Sequence record: PP885733.1
Strand: one strand, 5' to 3'
DNA: 64,000 nucleotides
Below, piece by piece: positions 11,190 through 18,457 of this stretch. The notes under the pieces were generated by a model that saw only the letters and a list, made by a program, of their open reading frames with translations, made no database searches and had not been told where the DNA came from. Both the position numbers and the translations under genes were made by a program. How positions within the stretch are numbered: position 1 is the stretch's first letter; every line of letters begins with the position of its first letter.

Positions 11190-11633
11190 ATGTCTGCAAC
11201 TCAATCACCTTACGCTGGCCGTTCACCAATTGCTGAACTGCTTCGTGATGTAAAAGAACATCGTCATTCATTTGGCGATACTGATTTCGCTGTACTGAAG
11301 AAAGCAATCTGCGACATTCAGGAACAGTCATTCGAAGGCAACCGTCTTGATCAAGGTTTGATTATTGATCATAATGTTAAACCGAAATACATTCACAACG
11401 TAATGTTGATGACCAAACCGGGATTCAAAGATCGCGGTGAGAAGATCCTGGGCGGGGTTGTTATCAATCTCTACTGGCGTCGTCCGAATATCGATGTTGC
11501 TCAGCTGGTTATCCATGCTAGCGATGCGCGTCCTGTTCAGATCGGCATTCGTGTTAAGTTCAAGAAGTTCGGTGGATATGCATTCTACCCATGCGGAACT
11601 AATCAGATCCGTGATGTCCTGAACTCACTCTAA
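11190..11633 (+). CDS. Hypothetical protein
   Basis: 147 aa, AAGGAG SD, own promoter and terminator. Confidence 0.75.
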   Translation: MSATQSPYAGRSPIAELLRDVKEHRHSFGDTDFAVLKKAICDIQEQSFEGNRLDQGLIIDHNVKPKYIHNVMLMTKPGFKDRGEKILGGVVINLYWRRPNIDVAQLVIHASDARPVQIGIRVKFKKFGGYAFYPCGTNQIRDVLNSL

Positions 11634-11638
11634 GCAAA

Positions 11639-11680
11639 CATAACCCCTACCCCTCCTCACGGAGTGGGTAGGGGAATATG
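11639..11680. terminator. Bidirectional intrinsic terminator; identical to 8663-8704
   Basis: 42-bp exact copy between convergent genes. Confidence 0.85.
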
Positions 11681-11682
11681 AT

Positions 11683-12288
11683 TTATTTCATTTTTTCTAT
11701 CAGATAGTCAACGGAGGTTTCTGGAGTGATGATCTCAATATGAGTACCAGGAGACATGACTTCAAGAATCCCGATAGCATGAAGATATTTATCACGCATA
11801 ATCTTCCAGTTGGTTGGATCCTTCAACCAAAGATCTTTCTGATCGACAGCTCGGTCGCAATTGGCCAGTCGTTCAAGGAAGGTCTCGTGAGTAATGTCCA
11901 GGAAGAACAAGAAGTCAGGTGCGATATCATGCCCTGCTACTCGCAATGCCTTTTCATTGAGGGAGTAAACAGCGCTAGGCGGGAATCGCTCAGTAGACTG
12001 ATACACCATCGAACTCACCACGTTACGATCTGAGATCAAACCAGTATAGCGGTGTTGAGATACCACCATGTCGAAACACTCGATACGAGAAGCGATGATC
12101 ATCATCATCTCGTAGTGCTTCGGCAGATAGTTCGCATTGTTCATGCGTTTGATTTCTGCGGCATGAGGAGTTTCAGTAAACGGTTCGTTCACTAACCGCC
12201 AACCTAACTTCTCAGAGAGTTCTTTTGCCAGTCGTGATTTACCAGCAAAGTCCAAACCTTCTAACACGCCATACTTACGTTTAATCAT
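11683..12288 (-). CDS. tmk: Thymidylate (dTMP) kinase
   Basis: P-loop EGLDFAGKS, EP motif, ISDR motif, PDFLFFLD. Confidence 0.9.
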   Translation of the reverse strand: MIKRKYGVLEGLDFAGKSRLAKELSEKLGWRLVNEPFTETPHAAEIKRMNNANYLPKHYEMMMIIASRIECFDMVVSQHRYTGLISDRNVVSSMVYQSTERFPPSAVYSLNEKALRVAGHDIAPDFLFFLDITHETFLERLANCDRAVDQKDLWLKDPTNWKIMRDKYLHAIGILEVMSPGTHIEIITPETSVDYLIEKMK

Positions 12289-13760
12289 TATGTCATCGCA
12301 TCCATCGTTAAAGTTCGCAGGACGATGTAAAGCATCAACGAGGTACGCAGAGACGTGATCTTAATGTCAGTCTTGATACCAGTCATTGCTTTAACTAATT
12401 CGTCACCATTGTTTCTGAGCTTCAGCAATAGAGCGTTTGACGATTTACTTGAGGTGTATGCACCACGGATCTTAAAGAAGATATTCTTTATATCGTTGTG
12501 GCGAATGCTGTTGGAGTTGAGATACTCAAACAAGTGAGCGATCACATCATCAACAAACAGTCGGTACTGTTCACCTTTAGGGTGAGCGTACTGCATTGGG
12601 AAATCCCGAAGGATCATCTCAAGCTTATCAGCATCCGTTCTTGGTATTGCTTTAGCGGCATAGATTGCAAGTTCCTGTTTATAAAAACTGTTCTTGTCGT
12701 TCAATACACCACTAATATAGTTACGATAACGAGTCTCTCGTTTCTGAACATCTTTGATATTCAGTTCACCATCCAGGATGGCTAAACCAGAGTCGGTTTC
12801 CACCAGGTCGACGGAATCCTTAATCTCATACAGAACTTTGGTATAGTCGTTGATTACACCTTTGAGACGGGATTCCATATCGTTCACCATGTAAACGATT
12901 TTCTTATCGTTATCCATCTTCGTAAAGGCATCAAAGTGAATACCAGTACGAGGGTCGATAATGAACTCTGCACGAGCACGGAACAGCTCGTTCCATGAAC
13001 CATAACGCTTGATATCAAACTTCAACGAAAGCTTGTTGTAGGCGGTTACAGCGACACTGTGCTTAACAAGGTAGCCGTAATAGTGGTTCATGATAGAAGT
13101 CATGATACGATAGTGGAAAAGCATGATGATGTTAACCATCGCATCTTCTTTCAGGTTACGTGGTAGGTCTGAATTCCATACCCGGTGTAACAAATAGATG
13201 CAGGACAAGTTAAAGACTTCAGATGAAACTTTAAAGTCTTTGTTGATCCATTTGGTCTTGATCAGTTCATCTCGTAAACGCACTTCATCAACATCGATAA
13301 TGTCACGGAAGAAAGTAACACGATCAGAAGTTTTAAACAGAACACGATGCGTTCCCAGATATGGCGAGCCGAAGAACTCAGTGTGATCGTTGTCTTTCGT
13401 TGCGAAGCCATAGACGTAGCGCTTAAGGGTTTTAACCCAACGTTCGTTAATGACGAGATCATCCACATACGCGTCGAAGATGTCTTTAACAGCATCATCA
13501 CGGTTGTAGTTGAAGTTAGGTTGGAGTGCTTCCATACCGGCGACGAACTCTGGGGTTAACAGAGATTCCATACCGCCGAACTGGTTGAACGCAGGTATTG
13601 GACCAAACATTGTGACTGGAGCATCAGGGTTAGCAGCTTCTAACCCAGCCAACATCTCAGTCAGTTCGGGATCTTGCATTGAACGTTCATACAGTTCTTC
13701 TGGAGACAGTTCCACAAAGCGGTACTTAATAATACCGCTATATAAAGAACGTTTGTCCAT
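12288..13760 (-). CDS. Conserved phiKZ-like protein, probably virion-associated
   Basis: 490 aa, translationally coupled to its neighbours. Confidence 0.55.
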   Translation of the reverse strand: MDKRSLYSGIIKYRFVELSPEELYERSMQDPELTEMLAGLEAANPDAPVTMFGPIPAFNQFGGMESLLTPEFVAGMEALQPNFNYNRDDAVKDIFDAYVDDLVINERWVKTLKRYVYGFATKDNDHTEFFGSPYLGTHRVLFKTSDRVTFFRDIIDVDEVRLRDELIKTKWINKDFKVSSEVFNLSCIYLLHRVWNSDLPRNLKEDAMVNIIMLFHYRIMTSIMNHYYGYLVKHSVAVTAYNKLSLKFDIKRYGSWNELFRARAEFIIDPRTGIHFDAFTKMDNDKKIVYMVNDMESRLKGVINDYTKVLYEIKDSVDLVETDSGLAILDGELNIKDVQKRETRYRNYISGVLNDKNSFYKQELAIYAAKAIPRTDADKLEMILRDFPMQYAHPKGEQYRLFVDDVIAHLFEYLNSNSIRHNDIKNIFFKIRGAYTSSKSSNALLLKLRNNGDELVKAMTGIKTDIKITSLRTSLMLYIVLRTLTMDAMT

Positions 13761-14605
13761 TAGCGTTTCCTTGGGACGTACATTTTCAGTGAGTCAGCTT
13801 TACCCTTAGGATCAGAGTAAGCGAGATATTTCTTCATCTCATTGTAGTACATGTCTTTAAACTCACGACCTGCATCAGCATAGCCTTGAATCTCATCCTG
13901 GACATCTTCCACAGACACACCGAAACGACTAACAGCTTCCTGCATACCACGACGACAGTTCTTATAGATGTAAGCCTTAGTACCCAGCTCAATCCACTCA
14001 GCGAACTTGTCATGCATCTTCGGATGAAGAGATGTAAAGTGATCATCAAACGAGAGTACCACTTTGGCGATCATATTAAACATGGCAGAACCTGCATCAC
14101 GAATGATGAAGGAGTTATTACCTGTCATGGTAATGTTGGTAAAGGTACGCTGAACGTTACTGTCATCAAGACCGTTGATCAGACGGCTTAATGCATTGTT
14201 CATCTGCCCAGTACCACAGTTGGCATAACCACTAAAGTTATTACCATTCATGATAGCCCGGTTGATATTACCCGGATAGACTTCTAATACCTGCATGATG
14301 CGACGACCACCGGTTAAGAAGTCAGGAACGTTTACGGCAATTACACCACCGGCCAGGTTTTCAATTCGTGCATAACTAAGATCCACCACTTCAGTTGTAC
14401 CACCCGCCACGTTCATTAGCGGTGCACACATCTTCATGATAACCTTTTCACGAATACCCTGATCGACTGTGAATTCACTATTGACTGGTTGCCAAACACT
14501 ACCGTACCCGTTATTAGGATTGTCAAAAGCGAGTTTCAACATATACGGTGAGATGTCAGACGGACCATCAACAATGTAGTTGATAGCAAAATCTACAGCG
14601 CTCAT
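13760..14605 (-). CDS. Conserved phiKZ-like protein, probably virion-associated
   Basis: 281 aa, SD upstream, coupled to the next gene. Confidence 0.55.
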   Translation of the reverse strand: MSAVDFAINYIVDGPSDISPYMLKLAFDNPNNGYGSVWQPVNSEFTVDQGIREKVIMKMCAPLMNVAGGTTEVVDLSYARIENLAGGVIAVNVPDFLTGGRRIMQVLEVYPGNINRAIMNGNNFSGYANCGTGQMNNALSRLINGLDDSNVQRTFTNITMTGNNSFIIRDAGSAMFNMIAKVVLSFDDHFTSLHPKMHDKFAEWIELGTKAYIYKNCRRGMQEAVSRFGVSVEDVQDEIQGYADAGREFKDMYYNEMKKYLAYSDPKGKADSLKMYVPRKR

Positions 14606-14646
14606 ATTTATACCCTTGCAAGGAACTTACAAATGATTTAAACAGA

Positions 14647-14689
14647 CATAAACCCCTACCCCACCTTTCGGAGGAGTAGGGGCAATATG
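14647..14689 (-). terminator. Intrinsic terminator closing the RNA island transcript
   Basis: Minus strand CCCCTACTCC-tcc-GAAA-ggt-GGGGTAGGGG followed by TTTATGTCTGTTT; variant of the 8663/11639 family. Confidence 0.8.
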
Positions 14690-14696
14690 CTTTAAT

Positions 14697-14791
14697 CACC
14701 GACGGTCCCAAAGAGGTCTGGAGTCCTCTATCCCTGGAACCCGTTTCGTCCACTTATTTCACATCGTCGGACTCATCAGGGTGTACGATGC
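14697..14791 (-). ncRNA. Type I hammerhead ribozyme
   Basis: Minus strand: CACC (stem I)-CUGAUGA-GUCC...GGAC (stem II)-GAAA-CGG...CCG (stem III)-UC|GGUG; complete invariant core; 7-bp pseudoknot GCAUCGU/ACGAUGU between the 5' flank and loop II; predicted cut between 14701 and 14700. Confidence 0.92.
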
Positions 14792-15370
14792 TCCCACTAA
14801 GAAGTAGGTCGAGTTACCCGATATCGTGCAAATCTCATTGTGAGATCCATTGGTCACTTTGAACATCGATGTTCAGGACCCAAATGCAACTGTCGTTCGG
14901 GTAACTCAATAGGTGTGCTCAACGCTTAGAGCTGAACGACGAATCACGTCTGTCTCGTTCGCTCTAGGTCAAGCACGAATGGGTACAACGTTCCCAGCTC
15001 TGATAGATATTGTTTTTTATGACCGCCCAGGATGGAGTTCGGGTTCTACCATCATCTATAACCCGGATATACCGGGAGTGCATTCAGCTTATGCTACTGG
15101 ACATTCTATCAGCGCGTTGTGATAGCCGGAATCCCCGGCAACCCACCAGAGGCTACTTACAATAGCGGACTTCTGCCGCCGTTCACTCTCTGGATTTATC
15201 CCTGAGCAGGTGAAAGCTACTCAGAGTTTGCCTTCTCCAGCCAGTCGGGGAGGTGAGACCCCAATACCGGAGAAGGTCTTACAACCAATGTCGACTGGTA
15301 GACTCCTGTTAAGCGGCCCTGGCAGCAGGCGCATTAACCCAAATCTACGCTTCCCGACGTTTCGGTTGTT
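14701..15370 (-). ncRNA. Putative large structured ncRNA (~670 nt) ending in the hammerhead
   Basis: No credible ORF; nested helices 14811-14821/14897-14907 (11 bp perfect), 14915-14922/14969-14976, 15000-15007/15105-15112; pseudoknot 15231-15238/15269-15276 with 15241-15247/15292-15298; G-U pairs favour the minus strand. Confidence 0.65.
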
Positions 15371-15376
15371 ATCCTT

Positions 15377-15871
15377 TTAAACCGCACAGCCATCCTTGCA
15401 GTCGTTGTCAGGAATAATGGCAGCAGCTTCTTTCGTTGCTTCTTCCATACGTTCCTCGTTACGAGCTTGTGCGTCTTCCAGGTCGCCAAAGTGCAGGTTA
15501 TCCGGATCGAAGTTATCGATGGACACTTCTGGCTTGTCGGCCTTGAGTTCTTTGACTTTCGCTTCGAACTCGGTGAAACCGCCGATGTAAACATCATCGA
15601 GCAGAATCTGTGGAACAGTGCGAACTGGACGACCCAGCATTTCACTGAGCTTTTCGCCGTCAATACCTGCAGCGCGAATATCAACGTAAGTGAATTCGAT
15701 CTTTTCGCGTTCACACAGAGCTTTTGCGCTGTCGCAGTATGGGCAGTTCGGGCGTCCGTAAATTACAGCTTTCATTGTTGGTGGTCTCAGCTTGATAGTA
15801 ACTTCTCCACCCGATACAAAAGGCATGGAGTGCGGATAGTTATAAGGTTCTGGTGGTACGTAACCTTCCAT
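15377..15871 (-). CDS. Glutaredoxin with N-terminal extension and acidic Cys-containing tail
   Basis: CPYC active site, TVPQI and IGGF motifs; TAAGGA SD. Confidence 0.9.
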   Translation of the reverse strand: MEGYVPPEPYNYPHSMPFVSGGEVTIKLRPPTMKAVIYGRPNCPYCDSAKALCEREKIEFTYVDIRAAGIDGEKLSEMLGRPVRTVPQILLDDVYIGGFTEFEAKVKELKADKPEVSIDNFDPDNLHFGDLEDAQARNEERMEEATKEAAAIIPDNDCKDGCAV

Positions 15872-15886
15872 TATGAATCCTTAATA

Positions 15887-16250
15887 TGGCTCGGTCTTGA
15901 GAAGGTCTTCCTCAACTACTGTGATGACACCCAGTGGTAGAAACTAATCATCCACCATCATGTCACTACGACGTCTAAGACGCAACCGAGGTAATTTGAT
16001 AGGCAGGCTCCGAGTAACGATCTCGGCTTATCACTTAGTACAGTACAGAGGGAGTTGTCCCTAATAACCGCTAACAAGGTCACCCGAGTGGTTACGGGGG
16101 AGTTTGTACCTAAGCTTGCTCCCATAAGCAGCCGCCGTTGAAATATGGGTACGGGCTATTCGTCTTTACGTTGTGGTGGGAAGTGGATCCCAGGTATGGT
16201 CGCCGAAGCGCCCCTGGCCTGTTGTACCCAACTGCAAATAGCCCGTAGTT
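15887..16250 (-). ncRNA. Putative structured RNA (~360 nt) between tRNA-Ser and glutaredoxin
   Basis: ORF-free; helices 16150-16160/16237-16247, 16146-16151/16225-16230, 15997-16002/16028-16033, 15890-15896/15984-15990; cUUCGg tetraloop on the minus strand at ~16201-16210. Confidence 0.55.
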
Positions 16251-16252
16251 TC

Positions 16253-16341
16253 TGGCAGAGAGTAAGGGATTCGAACCCTTGTGCCCCGAAGGACAACCTC
16301 CTTAGCAGGGAGGCGACTTAAACCAGCTCATCCAACTCTCT
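16253..16341 (-). tRNA. tRNA-Ser(GCT), encoded CCA
   Basis: Cloverleaf, anticodon loop CTGCTAA, long variable arm with UUCG loop, GTTCGAATC T-loop, ends GCCA. Confidence 0.95.
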
Positions 16342-16345
16342 AATC

Positions 16346-16421
16346 TGGCGCTCGTGACAGGGCTCGAACCTGTGACATACGGATTAACAGTCCGCCGTTC
16401 TACCGACTGAACTACACGAGC
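16346..16421 (-). tRNA. tRNA-Asn(GTT), encoded CCA
   Basis: 76-nt cloverleaf, anticodon loop CTGTTAA, GTTCGAGCC T-loop, ends GCCA. Confidence 0.95.
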
Positions 16422-16427
16422 AAAACT

Positions 16428-16895
16428 TTAATTCGCACCAGAATGAATGTTGACTTTCGGAGAGTCGATAGTCAAAGATCCCGAAGCTCTGATGCTCAAA
16501 CCATCAGCGGCAGCTTTCTTGCCGTTGATTACTGAAACTGTTACACCAGTATCACTGATGACGTACGCTTCCATATCTGACGTGATGTAGATAGGAGGTA
16601 CTGGCATATCTTTGGGCGTGTTCTGATAAATGATGGCGACACAGTTATGCGGGAGATTGAGATCACCGGCAAAGTCACCTATCTGTTTTGTTTCAGGACA
16701 GACCCTGTAAACCGTGTAGTCATGATGGAGTACACGACAGCGTTCCTCGCTGATAATTGGGAGAATGCCTTTAGAGTTAAAGAACTCTTCCTTCATGGCA
16801 CTCACTTGCGCGATAGCTTGATCGGCAGGGAGATCTGAAACATCAACATTCATAAGAATGCGAGAATCAGGAGTACGAATGGTTTTCAACAACAT
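16428..16895 (-). CDS. Hypothetical protein
   Basis: 155 aa ending 6 nt before tRNA-Asn. Confidence 0.7.
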   Translation of the reverse strand: MLLKTIRTPDSRILMNVDVSDLPADQAIAQVSAMKEEFFNSKGILPIISEERCRVLHHDYTVYRVCPETKQIGDFAGDLNLPHNCVAIIYQNTPKDMPVPPIYITSDMEAYVISDTGVTVSVINGKKAAADGLSIRASGSLTIDSPKVNIHSGAN

Positions 16896-17073
16896 AGCTT
16901 TCTCACTTAGTTAGTTTAGTTGGAGTTTGCTAGTTCGATAATCCCCCGCTTTTCATTTAAGGAAGCGCTGATTCTTACTTACAATTCAAGGGATCCTCCG
17001 CCTTCGCCTGACACCTTGGTCAATGCAAATAGGATTCCAATCTATCGTGTTGGGAAGGGCTGCGGGGTTTATC

Positions 17074-17277
17074 TTATCCTGCGTTAAATGAAGAATGTAC
17101 AACGCCTGGTTCCTGAGAACCTGAAACGCCGATCATCTTCACCGTCACTGGATCGTATTTAGACCACAGTTCTGTGGCCTCGTACTTGGCAGCGCATTCG
17201 CTAACTGCCGCTACGACACAAGAGTCGTATTCATCATATCCTACAGAATCGGTTCTTTCTACGATATACAGATTCAT
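17074..17277 (-). CDS. Small phage hypothetical protein
   Basis: MNLYIVERTDSVGYDEYDSCVVAA...HSSFNAG, a pattern common in phage small proteins; start placed at the internal ATG (track starts at 17388). Confidence 0.7.
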   Translation of the reverse strand: MNLYIVERTDSVGYDEYDSCVVAAVSECAAKYEATELWSKYDPVTVKMIGVSGSQEPGVVHSSFNAG

Positions 17278-17546
17278 CAATTTAGCCTCAGTTATTAAAC
17301 GATCAGTGTTTATAACGTCGGTAGAATGTGTGATATCGATTTTTCCAAATTGTGATTGACTTATACTTTCCGTAGGCGTCACTCTCACAGAAAGACCTGT
17401 CTCGACTCATGCAACCATTTAGTTGCGGCGTCCGTCACAGGTAGACATCGGGTAGTCCCGCAGAAGAGGCAGAGTGCCATGGCGTAACACTCACTTTGAT
17501 CTACGGGACTTTGATCGTTACAGAGTATAGAACTCTGACTGATTAA

Positions 17547-17822
17547 TTACTTTACTTCGTACCAGTCTTTACCATTCAGGTCGCTTACTGACGGAACCCA
17601 GGTGTTGACTGTCCCGGTTTTGGCATTGACGATAACGAAGAAAGGTTCGACGTATGCTTGCTCACCATCAGGGAGAGTTACATCGATGGCCGCTACTGAA
17701 CCATGTTGTTGAACGTAGATATCTTTACCGTTCCATCCAGCGCGAGCTACCTTGCGACGATTCTGCTTGAGAAGCAAAGCTTCTGGATAACCCATCCCTG
17801 GTGTTGCGAGTTGCTGAGTCAT
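17547..17822 (-). CDS. tad2: DUF2829 / Tad2-like cyclic-nucleotide sponge (anti-Thoeris)
   Basis: Family hallmarks KVARAGWNGK and WVPSVSDLNGKDW; 91 aa; AAAGGTG SD. Confidence 0.8.
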   Translation of the reverse strand: MTQQLATPGMGYPEALLLKQNRRKVARAGWNGKDIYVQQHGSVAAIDVTLPDGEQAYVEPFFVIVNAKTGTVNTWVPSVSDLNGKDWYEVK

Positions 17823-17844
17823 ACTTCACCTTTGTAATCGAAAT

Positions 17845-17882
17845 AAAAAGGACCCCTAGAGTCTGCACGACCTATAGGGGTC
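17845..17882 (-). terminator. Intrinsic terminator directly upstream of tad2
   Basis: GACCCCTA/TAGGGGTC stem followed by TTTTT on the minus strand. Confidence 0.65.
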
Positions 17883-17942
17883 AATAAGCGATACCAGCAG
17901 GCATACGCTTTTTCTGTTTACTCATTCAAATCGAATAAACAC

Positions 17943-17967
17943 AAAAAGAGTAGGGACCGAAGTCCCT
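17943..17967 (-). terminator. Intrinsic terminator
   Basis: AGGGAC-TTCG-GTCCCT followed by ACTCTTTTT on the minus strand. Confidence 0.7.
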
Positions 17968-18457
17968 TTCTCTGGAACGGATATGAAGGAAGCTTAAAAC
18001 CTTCTTAAAGGGAACTCAAGCAAGACCCTTTAAGAAAGCGAGAGCCCTGGGGTATTGAATCCAAGGCTCTCCACTTTAAACGCTTTGGAGGAGATAGACA
18101 ATGAAGGCCAGACTTTGCGGAGCACAGCTTTCTTACTGACAACTCATTCATTAGAGAGATCACTAAGAAAGGGGATGTTGGCTGCATCCCACTTTATTAA
18201 CGAGGAGTATAGCAATGGCAATAGCACTAAAACGATGACGAAGGGAGCTGGCAAAGGCACACTTCTGTAAGGGAACTCGATTCTAAGATCCTTAAAGAAG
18301 TGGAGACGCTATTTTTACATAGTATCTCCGAACCCTGTAAAATTAAAATCATTCAACAAGAACGACAATGAGCAATGTGCAAACATGAGTATGAAAATCG
18401 TCGAGAGCAAGTTCGATTTATTTCACATAATATATTAGACTGCCATTTAAAAATAAG

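Noticed and set aside
14913-14976. CUAAGCGUUGA resembling the pistol ribozyme core
   Set aside because: The segment folds as a simple nested hairpin; the pistol P1, AAAUAG linker and G|U site are absent.
15030-15180. AGAAGUCCG and AGAACCCG resembling RNase P P4 strands
   Set aside because: The two segments do not pair as P4 requires.
15200-15240. GCA AAC after a pseudoknot, resembling the tmRNA resume codon
   Set aside because: The frame closes after four codons, and there is no tRNA-like domain with an alanine acceptor and CCA.
16140-16250. Theta/HDV-like ribozyme assignment
   Set aside because: GGGA-UCCACU-UCCC and CGAA resemble P3/L3 and J4/2, but the P1/P2 order does not fit. Kept only as an unclassified pseudoknot.
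18055-18270. 71-aa ORF in the structured gap
   Set aside because: No SD at its start, and it runs across multiple hairpins; likely spurious.
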